The notes beneath the pieces were generated by a model that was given only the letters and a program-made list of their open reading frames with translations, was not told the origin of the DNA and did no database searches. A DNA stretch of 63,910 bases, counting the filler, from Diploschistes diacapsis (taxonomy: Eukaryota): the NCBI GenBank assembly GCA_023645945.1. It is 9 parts of 9 records of this genome, joined end to end, with 100 filler letters (N's around TTAATTAATTAA, not from the genome) between each part and the next. Parts side by side here need not be neighbours in the genome. Positions count along the whole stretch, not along the records: positions 13,893 to 40,862 come from JALAIB010000169.1; 8 more parts are not named here. One strand, 5' to 3'. Below are positions 26,384-39,456 of the stretch, one piece after another. Each line of letters opens with the position of its first letter. Within the stretch, counting starts at the first letter, position 1. The position numbers were made by a program, and so were the translations under genes.

Positions 26384-27498
26384 TCAACCGCTTTGAACAG
26401 TGGCGGCGTCAGCATCACCGCCACCGAGAAACCTGCTCAGACTCCCCACAAGAACCATATCCTCGCTCGGGCCCGTGGCAGGCGGGGCGACGAGCTTCTT
26501 GCCGTACACCAATTCCCCCTCCTTGACCGCGACAGTTGCAGAGAACGTGGGCTTCACAAGATCCACGCCCTTCAAGCCCGCGCAAGTGCTCGGACGCCCG
26601 GAAGGATGGAGCGTGGCACGGCCGCAGATCCCGTTCTCGGGCGTGCGCAGGAAGCCGCTTCCGTCGGAGCTGGTGCTGTTGCCTGCGCTCATGGCCGGCA
26701 AGGTGATTGTGCTGGGCGCAGTGCGCGCGAGCGGGACGGCCGGGGTGCTGGCTCGAGAAATAAGTTTCGGGCGGCGACCCTTCCCTAGGAAGCTGGTGGC
26801 GCTGCCGTGGAATTGGGAGAGGTAAGTGAAGGCTGCGGAGTAGGCGCGGTAGTGGTGGGGGCGGGTTTCTGCGGGCTCGGCTTCTGGATTTCCTTCGGGG
26901 CCTGTTTGGGCAGTGCTGCTAGCGATGGAAAAGGCCGAGTCAGGTTTCCATTCGGTTGGGTCGAGGTCTGGCCTGAAGGCGTGAAGCATGGGCGGTTTCG
27001 AGTGGAATGTTGCGAGCGTAGATGGACTTCGAGGCTGTACTATGGTTCGGGGCGCGACCGGGGACTCGTCATCCGTGTCTTCGGGAAGGGCGCTGGATTC
27101 GAGGGCCATGGCTGGGTCACGGTAGGTCCCATCTTTGCGGCGGCAGCTACCAGAAGATTAAATACACTGCTCCAGGCCCACGATTTCTGGAATCAAATAC
27201 CTCTCGGAACAGTAGAGGATGAGTGAATTGGGAACTATGATTTGTTTGTCGCATGTCGGACTGGGGCGGCCGTTAGCTAAGCTAGTGCGTTAGCCTCGTG
27301 CGGTAAAAGTGCTCACCAGAACTGTAAGAAAGTCATGTCTATGTCTTCGTGGTTTGTCTCATGCGTCGTCTCGACCTCGATGGTCCGTCTCCTTCCCAAG
27401 GATTGTTTTGGGCTACTTTGGCCTCTGGCTAGAGCAGGACGTTGAGCCTTCGGGAACTTGAGAGAAAGAGTACGGCGGTGAGGATTGTTATTGGACAT
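26384..27498 (-). CDS. Ecl1-domain (lifespan regulatory factor family) protein, 3 exons
   Basis: Splicing gives MTFLQFC...TCDKQIIVPNSLILYCSE.CRRKD, the Cys-rich Ecl1-type motif, followed by the Ser/Pro-rich ORF 26384-27109. Confidence 0.7.
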
Positions 27499-28688
27499 TG
27501 AGGAGAAGAGTAGTTGCAATGTGAATAGGATTTGATAAATACGAGATCGGTGAGCTTATCAAAGACCAGATAGCTCTAGGGGCACGGCCCAACTGAGTCA
27601 AGGCCTCCCACGCCGTATTTCTTAGAGTCGTAGCTAACGCTTCCAAAATCGTCTGTTGGCGCGATAATTAGTCTCGAGCACTCACAAATCCAAAACCTGT
27701 ACAAGTCATGAGAGAACTTCCAGAATCCGTATAAGAGGTAGAAACAATGGCAATTCTTTGTTTCCACACATGGCAGCCCAGCCAAGAGTGATGAAGACTT
27801 GCCTATGGACGTGCCTAGTACCTGTTTAACTGCGCTTTATCTGCTTATTAGGAGTTGATGTTCAGGGAAGAGTAAGAAAAAACGACCTTCATAGCAGGGA
27901 AGAGTAAGTGTAGCTCTTATATAGACGCAGACATTCTGGCTTCATCCCTTTCCCCCTCTTTATAACTCCATGGGACCATCTCGCAAAACTCTGACAGCAT
28001 CCCACACACATGCACACCAGCTACTTTATATCTTTATGCAACCACTGACAACCAGCAATCCCACGCTAGACCTGTGTCCGACTTCCACTTAGCTCCCAGT
28101 ACTGCTATTTTACATAGATTGCCCTGGCTGCTAACGCAAAGAAGATGTGAACCCTGCACTATGGCCCGAAGCCGGGGGGGGAGGGGGTAGGATAATGCAG
28201 CATAAGTTGCGTTACTTATCATGATCAACCTATAATGGAAGCCTTCAATTCAAAAGCCTTTTCCGAGTTGCCGGAAGTGAGTTTTCTGGCTATGGATACT
28301 GGGTATAGTAGTACACTTCCGGAAGAGTGGTTTACTCCTGTGCTTCTCACCACCACACCTTCAACCATCACCCATAAAACGAATTGGAAACAAGCGTGCT
28401 CATCCCTCTGTCGTCCATCTGTTCATCCATTGTCGGCTACCAAGTGTGAAGCCGAGAAGATGGGCATTTAGTAAATTGCATCAAAGCAGGTGACAGGCAT
28501 TGGCAGGGTCGTCCCCTCATCGTCGAGCCTATGGGCGAAAGGCGCTGGGGCATGAGCCCACATTCAGTGCCTGATGGCATTTGCTGATTGCAGAATCTAA
28601 TGCTCCTCCTGCGCGAAACTCTGCTGGCTTCTCAAGACGGGCGATGGTATACCAGTATTGCCAGCGGCTCCATCTAAATCGATCCTTT

Positions 28689-30233
28689 TCAACCTTCACC
28701 GCGGAACAGCGCAGGCACCCCTCGCGCTACCACGGTTGTCGATCCGACGTAGCAACCAAGCAGAGTGCTCCATCGCGCAGAGCCATCAGCCAACCTCTGC
28801 AGCTCGGCATAGGCCTTGCTATTCGCATACCTGATGCCCGTCTTGGGATCCCGAAAGTGGGCCTTTTCCCCTGTAATGGCACACATTTCTTGCCCCGGTT
28901 CTGCGCGCTAGTCAGTTATGGAAACACCTGATCTCGAGAAAAGGTACTCACTTGAGGGCTTGGCCTGGCCCTTTTTCCTGAGCAGAACGTGGTCTTGGAG
29001 CTGTGGAAGCCGAGAGGCGTTTGCGTCAATATTGTTGAGAACGACCAGATTACGTGCAGCAACTTCCACTACTGGAAGAAGAATAGGTACAGGCGCAAAA
29101 GGGGAAAGCAAATCAGGACCTGGATGGCGCCCCTGATAACCTTGCAGCTGTTGAGACTGAGTTTGGCTTCCATAGCTTTCGTTCGTTGCAGATAGCATAG
29201 TTGTGCTTGATGGCACGGTCCTTGTCTTTTCCGCACTCGTCGGACTTGTAATCGCCGAAACCTCTGCATTATGCTTCGCCTCGATAAGCGGTACATCCGC
29301 CATCGCAGCGTCAGCGACTGCCTCCTCTTCGATTCTCGCACGCCCTATAGGCTCGTTCATGTTTTCGAAGACCTTCCTACCCGTAGCCACTAGCTTCCCG
29401 TCTAGCCACTTCGCGGGCCCGCTCCACCATGAGATCACCGGTCCGTCTAGGGTTCGGTTTTTCAGAGCTGCAATCTTTGCTCTTTGCTCTTCCACACGCT
29501 TCTCTTCCGCTGCCTCCCACCTGTTCAAGCTCTTTGCGTTTCTGGCCTCCGCCTTCGCCGCCTCCGCCAGTCGATCATCCTGTGTCATCTCTGGCTCCAG
29601 GTCGTCCTCCTTGTACTTCCGGGCTTCCTCCATACTCTCAACCTGCCGCTCCCGGCGCTTCTGATGCTCCCGCATACGCTGGTGTGTCAATTGCTTGTTC
29701 TCCATGGTCTGCTTCCGCGAGGACTGCCGCACCGGTCCCTCTTCCGGTGTAGGTAGCCAAGAGAGACGCTCCGATTTCTTCTTCGGTCGAGGCGCTGGCG
29801 CACTGGTCCCGCCTCCTCCAGCTTCCCGTGGCTCTGGCATAGTCTTCGCCTTGCTTGCTCGCGGTCCTTTGAACGTCTCCTGTGCTTTCCGCTTCTTGCG
29901 CCGCTCCTCGCGTTCCGCCTTTTCCACTTCCTTCTCGCCCTCCATATCCTCGGCTCCAGCTGTGGGTCCCTGGTCTTCGTCCGAAGAGGAACCCATGTCC
30001 ACGTCCGAGGCCGTGTCGGCTCCATCTTCGTCGAACTCCATGTCCTCCTCTTCGCCCGTCTCGGCGAAAAGCAACTTGAGCTCGTCATCTTCCTCTTCGT
30101 CCGCGAGCAGGGTGTTCATGCGGGTTCCGGCCGTAGACCGTCTCTGTCGGCCCGCGACGAGCGATTCCACCTGCATCTTACCTTCGCCAGACGCAGAGCC
30201 TTCAGAGTCTTCATCATGAGACGAGCGAGCCAT
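28689..30233 (-). CDS. VPS72: SWR1 complex subunit Swc2/Vps72 (YL1 family), 2 exons
   Basis: N-terminal R.RRSTAG.RM..LL..E motif, acidic tract and MTQ.DRLAEA....N..SL. Second exon is YL1-C (CAITG..A.FRDPKTG..YA). Confidence 0.92.
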
Positions 30234-31047
30234 GGTAAGATTGAAATGGGGTTTTGAATCGGAACAGCGTCTCAGGTTGTATGAGGGATCAGGAGGGCCG
30301 GTTACACACAAGTATTTGCACCTTGTCCCACTAACATGCTGGCGCATGTACCAAAGTCGCTTGGAGAATGTACCTCGTGCTAATACTGGAGATAACAAAA
30401 AGTAGAAACGTTTTTATCATTGGCTCACTTTCTCGCAATGGTACGTTTCCCTAGGCTAAGCGGGGTGTTTCTTTAGCACAGGCCGGAAAATCGTGCATAA
30501 ATTTCATAACCTGTAATGGGGGTGATCCAATGTGGTGATAAAGTACGTTACAAGTCACAACTAAATGTTTTGCTTGGCTAGTAATCGGGAGGTTGGTATG
30601 CAAGTGGAATGACATCGTAAATGCCACCTGAGTTGATCTACCAGCTCATTCATCGGGCCATGCAGAATGCTGTACTGTCCCCAATGTTTCCCCTTACATT
30701 GCATGCTATTTGTGCTACCTCGGCTCGAGAGATTGCCTCTACCTGATTCCTTTGTCTAGCATGGTCGACAGCGGAGCTACAATTTCCAGCCAAATGTACA
30801 AATAATGAAGAAACAGGTGTGTAACATCAGGGTGCGAACAGCCCGTCCAACCAGTGGAGGGGGGTTTTAACCTCTGAGATATGTCCTGACATGCTCAAGG
30901 AGATGAAGGGTTTCATAAACAATCGTTAAATGGGTATGACCACCGAGAAACGAATGTGCTCTGAGGCTTCAATGCAGCCACAACCTCGACTTCTATGCGA
31001 AACCCCAGAGGTAACCTGCCAGCTTTCAGAAACGTGCCAAAAGCCTT

Positions 31048-34000
31048 TCATCTCTATTGTGCAAATCAGCAAGCGATGGTTAACAGATTATTCAATCCAC
31101 TTACCCTTCCCCTTCTTCCCCCATTTTGTTGCTGCACCTGTTGTTGAGGGTAGTATGGTACTTGAGGGTATCCATAGTTTCCACTGACCATGCCACCGCT
31201 CATCATGGGCGGAAACCCCGGCGGAGCAAAACCGCTGCCTTGCATTATTGGACTTGAATTTACTTGAGCCGTTTGCTGGTTCACAGGCGAGACCATACCA
31301 CCCCGGTAGGAATCGAATGACATGGAAGGGGTATTGAAACTTCCATACATGGTGGTCGGCGACATGTTGCGAGCAGAAGCGGCCAACATTGCCTGCTGGT
31401 ACTGCAGCTGCTGTGGGCTCATTGTGGTTGGAGTAAATACCGGACTGCTGACGTTGAATTGATCGTATATGTTGCTGGTATCCACAGCAGCAGGGTTGCT
31501 GTTATAGGCGCCTGCAGTAGGGTAAGGAGCACTGTTCTGCCGCTCGAGGCCAGGGTGGCTTGCTCGCGACCCTTGTTGGGACATGGGTCGGCTCCTATCC
31601 TGAAATCCCGATGGTCCTGTGGAACTTTCCCTATCTGGCTTGCCCCCTCTGGTAGAGAGTCCTACCTCATCCATTAGTCTCTTGTAGCCTTGTGAGGGCG
31701 AGACTTTGAGACGGGCCAATACGTTGCGTACTCGCTGTGCAACGTCCTGCCTCATGTTTTCCTCAAAGAAAGGCGTGGTCAAAACTTTGAATATGAGGGT
31801 CGCGCCACAAGCCTGATCACTCAAGATCTCTTCCAGAGTTTTGTCATTTTGAGAGAAGAAGAGGGCTTGCAGGACGGTGTCGCGGGCCTCGGGCTCATTC
31901 CTCTGGTTGATGACTTTAAGAACGGTCAAGTAGGCAACTTTATGAGTGCAGAGGTGCACGAGATGCGGAACGATACGGGGAGCAAGTACACTCCTACGAA
32001 GAGGAAACGTGCAAGTGTCGAGGAACCAGGTGAGCAAAAGAGCGCCGTTTGCATTTGTGGCAAGCTGCACGCTGTGAAGAGCAATGGCAGCGGCCAGCGT
32101 CCTCTGCTGATCTTTCGTAGAGTGGTGACTCTCAAGGCATGCTCTCATCGCTCTGGCACCGAACCGTCCCTGAGCTATATCCCATAGTTGACTGACCATA
32201 GACTCGAAGATAAAGGTATTGTAGGGGTAGCCGAAGCGCAGGCAGCATTGTATAACGTAGTTTCCGTATTGATCCAAGAACAAGGCAACGGTGTATGGTC
32301 GTAGGGAGTCGGTGATCTTGTTCATCTGAGCCGGCGTCTTCGCAACATCAATGATCTTCTGTGCCGCCCAGGTGCCATTCTTGTGGACGCCAGTCTCTGC
32401 CAAGTGCGGTGCAATGCGGTCAAGCATCGCGTCTTTCGTGGACTCTGAGCAAAATTCGAACAGCTTCTGAACAACAGTATTACCCAGGTAGTCCGACGAA
32501 AGCTCGGCAATTTCCGGCAACATCCCAATGGCTATTTCTTCGATCTCGGTAGGCGTGATGGCGTTGTTATCAATCCTCTTCCTGATCTCCCTCAGCTTGG
32601 GAGCGTCATATACTCTAGTGTGGCCAGGTTCAGGGACGGGAAGTATCTCTGCCTTGAACTGATCGAATTCGATAGCAGAATCGATAGTGTGTTCGATCTT
32701 ATGGATTTCCTGTTCGTTGGCTCCGAAATCCCTTACGATGCGTAGAATATCGCCCTTCATTTCCCGTAGGTTAGGAACAGGAATCTCTGCTGGTGCTGTT
32801 TGTGCATTCAAACCGCTCGAAGATAGATTTGGGTTGGTGGAAACAGAATTACTGCGCTCTTCTCTACTCTCCGGACCCCTGGCATAAGAATCGGGGCTTG
32901 GGGAAGGAAACGCTCCATAATGACCAGGAGTGCCGCTCGCGGAGGAAGGGGCTTTAGCATACCCGATCCTCACTGGACCCGCGCCAGGAAAGATTTCTTT
33001 ACCATTTAGGAGAGCCTTTGCGTGCATCGCAGAATCAACCTCCTCAAAGTTAACGAAACCGCAATTCTTCTGTACCAGGACCCTGGCAGACTCGATCTTC
33101 CCAAAATTAGCGAAGATAGCTTGCAATGAGGACGATGTCGTAGAAGTAGGGATACTGCCAAGCCACAACGCTCGGGTCGGACCTTCGAGGCCGTGATCAT
33201 CGGGATTGTCATGGCCCGGTAGTTGGGCAAGACGAAGGATGCGAATGGCTTCGGGAAGCGATTCAAGTTCTGCGTTTTCTGCTGCAGCAAGATCAGCCGC
33301 GCTGAAGCTAGTATCCAACCTCGAAGGTGTGGCCAGGTAGCTTCGTGTAGAGTTTCGAAGCGGAGAGTCGAGTACCCCTGCTGTTCGCGCTCTTGGCCTA
33401 CTCGCCGATGCATGGTTGGCGAATGCCTGAACAGCCAGATTGTGCTGGTGGATCTGTGCCTGGGTAGCAGCAAGGGCAGCAGCGGCAGACGCAGCGGACG
33501 GTGTCAAAGTACCACTGGGAAGACCAGAGTATCGGCCATTGCCATAATCATCCTCTTCGTCCTCGGCGTACTTTTCCTTGGCATTCACAGAATAGGATCG
33601 ATAGCGGCTGTTAACCTTGTTGAAGGAAGCAAGATCGGCAAGGAATGGTTGCATCATCGCAGAGGTTGTCAACGCAGGGAGACCGTTCATGCCCTGAGCA
33701 AGAGTTGCCCGGCTTTGCTGCGGAGTCTCCGCAAGACCTAGATAATCCAGGGTCTTGACGTCCGTGTCCGCTAGACTATCCCGCGAGAGCGACGAGTGAG
33801 CTGGCGAATCAGGCGCGTCAGAAGACCTGATACTGGACAGGGTATGTCCGCGGTCGCGACCTGATCCCCACGTCGAACTGAAGAGTGAGGGCCCAACGAA
33901 TGGGCTTGGCGAGCCAAACGCGTTTGCCCTCTGTGGCATAGAGCCGGCCCTGAGCCTTGAGAGAAGAAGGGATGTGTTATTGATGTTGGATTGCCTGGCC

Positions 34001-34609
34001 TCGTTGTTGCCCTCTTGCGAAGAGAGCGGTCGAAAAGGACTGCTGGACGGGGTAGGACGAGACGATTTCGGCACAAGGTTTGGGGGCACGGTGCTTCCGG
34101 CGATGCCGTTTCCGGGCGGGAATTTCGAGGGAACAGTGCCAGCACGTGCCCTCCTCGTCGCCGGTTGTGCATTGGATTCTGCAGGCGGAACGAAATCTGG
34201 GAAGCCGTCTTGACTGGGAGACTCTGGAATCGTTTCTCGTAAAGGCGTCGATCCACCGCTCGTGGGAGGCCCACCCCACGGATTTGGGGTGGTCAGACCT
34301 TCCTGGGCTTGAATTTCCCGTGCCCTTTATACACTGCTTGTTAGCCATTCTGAAACGAGATAGAAATCTTCGGTCAGGAGATGCTTACCGCTTCGAATAG
34401 AGTCTCCCGCCCATCTCATGAGAAGGGGAGCCTGCCCCCATTCTAGCCGAGCCGGTCAAGCTGTTTGGAATGCCGAATGGTGATCGGGCAGCGCTGGAAG
34501 GCGGCTCGATAGGTGATGTGTTTGCGGTAGAGGATCCAGATCGTGGCTGAGTTGCGTTTATCTGAGGCAGATAGTTTAGATGCAGGTGGTGCTCTCCCCT
34601 GGACGCCAT
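31048..34609 (-). CDS. JSN1: Pumilio-repeat plus RRM RNA-binding protein (Jsn1/Puf1-Puf2 family), 3 exons
   Basis: RRM (TRALWLGSIP...KNCGFVNF...IGYAK) followed by PUF repeats (SSDYLGNTVVQKLFE, HKNGTWAAQKIID, DQYGNYVIQCCL). First exon 34609-34386; tiny last exon AGA-TGA at 31053-31048 is inferred. Confidence 0.92.
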
Positions 34610-36996
34610 GGTACAGCAGCGGAAAACTTGTTTGGCTTGCTGCTATTATCAAACGCCGGGATTGAATGGAATCGATTATATCGACGCTGTAGCCTCACCG
34701 CAATGAAAGGACTGATACTATACAGAAAGTTTCGAATTGTTGGCCACCAAGGTTCTGCCGAAGAAACTGGGTGTCGAGTGCGAGTCGAGGCACGCCGATT
34801 GAACCGTCACTTTAAAAGCTCTCCGGCGATGTGCAACCTCTTGGAGGTTTGTAGAGCGATATTATCGGAGAAGTTGTACATGGATCAATTATCGTCTCTT
34901 GGTGAAATATGCAAAATAAGGCGACTCCGCTGGCGATCGAAGCGTTCGGGGTCGAGTGAGGCGTGGAAGGTCGCGGACTTGGAAATATTTGTCTGGTTGT
35001 CGCCGAGTTCGATAGGGGTTGACTGCAAAGAGATTCGTTGATGCGATCTGGGTTTTCCGTGGCGCTGGCAAGGATCTTTTGCACTTTTCACTCCGGCGAA
35101 GTCGTACTGACTGCAATGAGCGCACACCCGATGGAGTTGCAGTGAGAGCACAATCGGCGGCGGAGTCAAAGGATTAAAAATGGCCCAATTATGGAAGTGA
35201 ATACTTCTCGAATGCAAGGAGCGTGGTTGCTGAAGGCAGAGATGTAAGATGGGCTGGAACACGGTTGAAGGAGTGTCGTTGGTGACAGATTACGGAGGGT
35301 TGTGGCCAGGGGAAAAGAAAAGAAGCTTAATAACGTTAATCCGAGCAGTCAAGTCAGCGCCGTACTCCAAAATGTTTATCACTCCTACCTAGTATTTTCT
35401 CTTTGTCATTCTAGATGCTCGCACACTCCATTAAAAAGATGGCCTGGAAACGATCTTTGCAGCGGTTTACATAAGTCCGTGTCCTTCTAGACATAGAAAT
35501 TACTTTTAACGAAGCTGGTTTAGGGAGGGGAGCCACCCGATGACTACTCGTCGCAACAGGCCCTGCGCCTCAGCCAGATGCACCATCCAACTACGGAGCT
35601 ATTGTCCGTTGGTGCTTGCTTGCAGCATATCGGCAGTAGCCTTGAAGGCTGTTCTGTATGGTACAAGGCCAGTAGTTAGGCCGCTCAGCGCTCCGACTTG
35701 TTATGCATCGTCTGCAGCTCCCGAGCCCGTCCAGCATCCACATGCCGTGGTAACGCTCTGAACGGTTGCCCTACAGTTAACTGGTATTGCAGCGCGATTG
35801 AGCAGAGCAGCCTCGCACTCTTGCTCGTGTATGGTGCCGTGGCATGACCGTCGCTTTTAACGAGTCGTTCCATAGCCCCAATGATAGGGACGCAAAGCAA
35901 ATTGCTGGTGGTGCGGCATGCGAGTAAGCATGCTGGCGCTTGGACAGGATCCAATTTGAAACTATCCCAAGATTTCTCCACACTTGCTTCGCCCACCGCA
36001 GACTCCCACGACGGAGACAATGAGACTGGGACCAAGTAAAACCTTATAGCAGCTCGCAGCACTTCTGGCTATGGTATCGGACTACTATCTTGCGAAACTG
36101 CCTGTCAGCCTCTGTAAAAAGTAATTATACCTACTATCTGAAACCGAGCCCATCCCGAGAACTTTATCACAGATGTTACGGCCTCAAATACAGTCAGTCC
36201 ACATGAATGCTAGATTTTAACATACTCCTGACTTGACATGTTGGAAACTCTCCGTAAGAATAGACCAAGATTATTCACATTCGAAGCAATTGTTTTGTAG
36301 ACCCAGACGGCTCATAAGTAATGTGAAGCATGCAACAAGTAAGAACCATACAAATCCTGTATCTACACTTGTACAGGGCAAGCGAAGCATGATTGCGGCC
36401 GCAAACATGATAGGGCTTTGGCCCTTGAATTACGCTTGCTGAAGTCACAGATCCTACAAGTAACAAAAGTTGCTGGCATCTATGACCTACAGTAGCCTAC
36501 TTCAACAACTGGACATACTCCAGTCCCTGTCGCACAAGACCGCGCCAGATTTGTCTGGCTGGCTAGTCGTCACCGGCTCCTTGTTCCCCTGACCAGGAGC
36601 CAGTTCAACCACCATGCGTTCGTTGTGGATTGATTGTATGGGATCTGGTTGAGCTACCGGGCAGACAAAGCACGTCTGAGCAGAACGATTTGGATTCCCC
36701 GTGGCATTATGAAAGTCGATTTCTCCATTAAATAACATGCTTTAGATTATTAGATTGTGCGCCGAATTCCATTCCGAGTATGCTTGCATTCGTGCTGCAG
36801 CAGTGCTAGTAGTAGTAACAGCCAAATGACCAAGTCCATCCCACCCATTAATCTCACAACGCCAGCCAACTTCCTCCTTTTGCTGGTAGGCCGGAGTGTG
36901 CGGCAAGGCGATAACAAGCTTCTACCGCCATGGCAATAAATGTGTTGAGCTATATCGACAGCGAAGATTACTTCTCGTACATGACCAACCCTCCCT

Positions 36997-39456
36997 CTAT
37001 TGAATCTTCTCCTCCCCCCATCCGCCCGGCGATCTGCTCGCCCCCTCCGCTGAGCCGATGGCAAGACCGAACCCGGCGTTGCCGAACCCACCAAACCCAG
37101 AGCCCATACCGGAGAAGCTGCTCTGCTGCTGCTTGTGAGTAGGCGGCTGGAGACTCTGCCCCTGGCTTGGTCCGGCTCCGAAAGGTTCTTGGGAGAAAGC
37201 GGGAAGACTGATGGCACGGGAATGCTGGCTCCGCGAACTGCTTGGCGCGAGGAAGTCTCCTCCAACAGCTCCTGAAGAAGCAGTGTAGCCGTTGGAAGCT
37301 TGGCTGTACGGATTGCTACTCGAAGTAGGTGTCTCGATAACAGAACCGTTCAGTAAATCCTCGTTGGATCCTCCATAAAGAGCGCTTTGCTGTGCTGCCA
37401 GAGCCGATTGTTGCTGCTGTTGCAGGCTGGCCATAGTATACGGATCAGTCGAAACGCTTTCGGGGTCCGCTTGCATCGGACCTTGGGTTGTCATATGGTT
37501 CAGGAACAGAGTGAGCGGGTTGTTGTTGCCCGCGTTCAGAACTGCGGACGGCGTGGGACCGAGCTGCTGAGCTCCGCTCTGGGATGCAGAGTTCGTGGAA
37601 TCCGGGGGAGGTGAAAGTGCTGCTCTCGATGGGCTCGCAGAGCCGATTTGCTGACCATTGTGCGGAGATTGACTGATGGACTCCCGCCCATTTGCCAGCG
37701 CGGCTTGCTGTGGAGCGTTGCTCTGGCGCGGAGGGTTGCCACAGCGATCTTTGCCGAAATTGATCTTGAATCGTCTATACTCTTCGCGGCCGCGCATTCC
37801 CTCGATGGCCTTGATAGCATTTGCTATATTTGTGAAGTTCACAAAAGCACAACTCTTCTCTCTCAAGGCGTTCACCAGTTCAATCTCCCCATACTCGGAA
37901 AAGTCCTGACGCAGCCTCTCCTCGCTCCACGACTCATCGAGGTTTCCAATATACACATTCCTCGAAGCGCCCCCGCTCACGGCCAATGCTATTGCGGGGG
38001 GAAGAGCACCCGAGTGCTTACCCCAACCGATTTTGAGCCGTCGATTATGAATCATGAGGCCTTGCAGATTGCTCAAAGCGTAGAAAGATGCGGCCGCAGT
38101 AGGATCAATGAAAGTAACGAAACAAATGTGCTTGTCTGGGATGTAGCGAATGTGGTGAAGGAGACCCCCACGGACGACATTACAAATCTCTTCGATTGTG
38201 GTTTCCGGGTGGATGTTTCCCAGGTACACGGTCCTATTGCCCAAGTTGGTAACACCGCCGGCAGTGGTTGCAACAGCAGCCGCAGCTACAGACTGCTGCG
38301 CTAGGGCGTTGGAGATAAGTTCCCTGTCCGAGTCGTTCAGCATGTGAGCGTAGCCCGGCGCAATCCCAAGATATTGAGCGGCGTTCTGCTGCTGGGTTTT
38401 GGAAACGTATGCGCAACGGTCCTTGCCGTAGTAGACGCGGCGTGGCGCCTGCCATTTCGGCTCCTGCGGAAGCTGCGAAACAGCCTTAATTGCGTTACCA
38501 ATAGACAAAAAGTGAACAAAACCTATAGATTTCTCCCGAACGAGCTTGATGGTATCGATCGGTCCAAATTTGCTCAGCTCGTCGCGCAGCTCCGTGTCGC
38601 TGACGTCCTCGGGAAGGTTGCCAAGGTAGACGTTGCGAGAGGCTCCGGACTGTTGCACCGCAAGAGCTACAGACGTAGGTACCTGAGATGGCTTGCCCCA
38701 GCCAATCTTGATGTCCTGTCCTCTGATTGAAAGCTTCTTCAGGATTGCGTCAGAATGAAAGTGCGTTGCAGCGCTTCCGTCGAGGAAAGAGATGAAGGCG
38801 CAGTTCTTGTCGGGCAACAAGCGGACTGACTCAATTTGACCGCTCCTCACGTGACCAAGGATCTCTTCGGCAGAGGTATCGGGCGGTATATTCCCCAAGT
38901 ATACAGTCCGGCTTGTTCCGTGCACAACTCCTGCGCCCACTGTAGGCCCACCATACCCCTGATTCATGTTGCCAAAGGTGGGAGACTGGGGAGTGTTCAT
39001 GAACTGACCACCGAAGGTTGGGGAATTTATTTCCGGGTACAGTTGCGGAGACATTGCAGATTGCTGATTATGAAGACCGCTCATAGTATAGTTTTGCTGG
39101 TGCTGCTGGTTGGCGTTTTGCTGCTGAAAGCCTCCAAAGGCTGTGAACTGTGGTGAAGCGAAACCAGGGCTCCCCGGTTGGAAAGGACTTCCAAGCAATA
39201 GCTGAGAGGGAAGCAATGGCGTGAAGTTCATGTCGAAAGCAGTACCGGGTGTAAGTTCTCCAACGGTCTGCTGTTGATTCTGACCAAACGCTGCGCTATT
39301 CAAGGACGGTGGCAGATTTCCACGTCGGTTTTGGCGGTCCGTGTAGCTTCCCGGATCGGCCTGGTTTGAGTTGAAAATTCCAGGTGCAAAGCCGGCATTA
39401 TTATGCCCGTTAAACGGCCTCGGGAAGGGCGAGAACTTGTTGTTTTGTGAATGCAT
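36997..39456 (-). CDS. Four-RRM RNA-binding protein, S. pombe Nrd1/Msa2 and S. cerevisiae Mrn1 family
   Basis: Intronless 819-aa ORF with two RRM pairs (RTVYLGNI...IGWGK...GASRNVY(L/I)GNL...GKDRC, twice). Confidence 0.9.
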   Translation of the reverse strand: MHSQNNKFSPFPRPFNGHNNAGFAPGIFNSNQADPGSYTDRQNRRGNLPPSLNSAAFGQNQQQTVGELTPGTAFDMNFTPLLPSQLLLGSPFQPGSPGFASPQFTAFGGFQQQNANQQHQQNYTMSGLHNQQSAMSPQLYPEINSPTFGGQFMNTPQSPTFGNMNQGYGGPTVGAGVVHGTSRTVYLGNIPPDTSAEEILGHVRSGQIESVRLLPDKNCAFISFLDGSAATHFHSDAILKKLSIRGQDIKIGWGKPSQVPTSVALAVQQSGASRNVYLGNLPEDVSDTELRDELSKFGPIDTIKLVREKSIGFVHFLSIGNAIKAVSQLPQEPKWQAPRRVYYGKDRCAYVSKTQQQNAAQYLGIAPGYAHMLNDSDRELISNALAQQSVAAAAVATTAGGVTNLGNRTVYLGNIHPETTIEEICNVVRGGLLHHIRYIPDKHICFVTFIDPTAAASFYALSNLQGLMIHNRRLKIGWGKHSGALPPAIALAVSGGASRNVYIGNLDESWSEERLRQDFSEYGEIELVNALREKSCAFVNFTNIANAIKAIEGMRGREEYRRFKINFGKDRCGNPPRQSNAPQQAALANGRESISQSPHNGQQIGSASPSRAALSPPPDSTNSASQSGAQQLGPTPSAVLNAGNNNPLTLFLNHMTTQGPMQADPESVSTDPYTMASLQQQQQSALAAQQSALYGGSNEDLLNGSVIETPTSSSNPYSQASNGYTASSGAVGGDFLAPSSSRSQHSRAISLPAFSQEPFGAGPSQGQSLQPPTHKQQQSSFSGMGSGFGGFGNAGFGLAIGSAEGASRSPGGWGEEKIQ

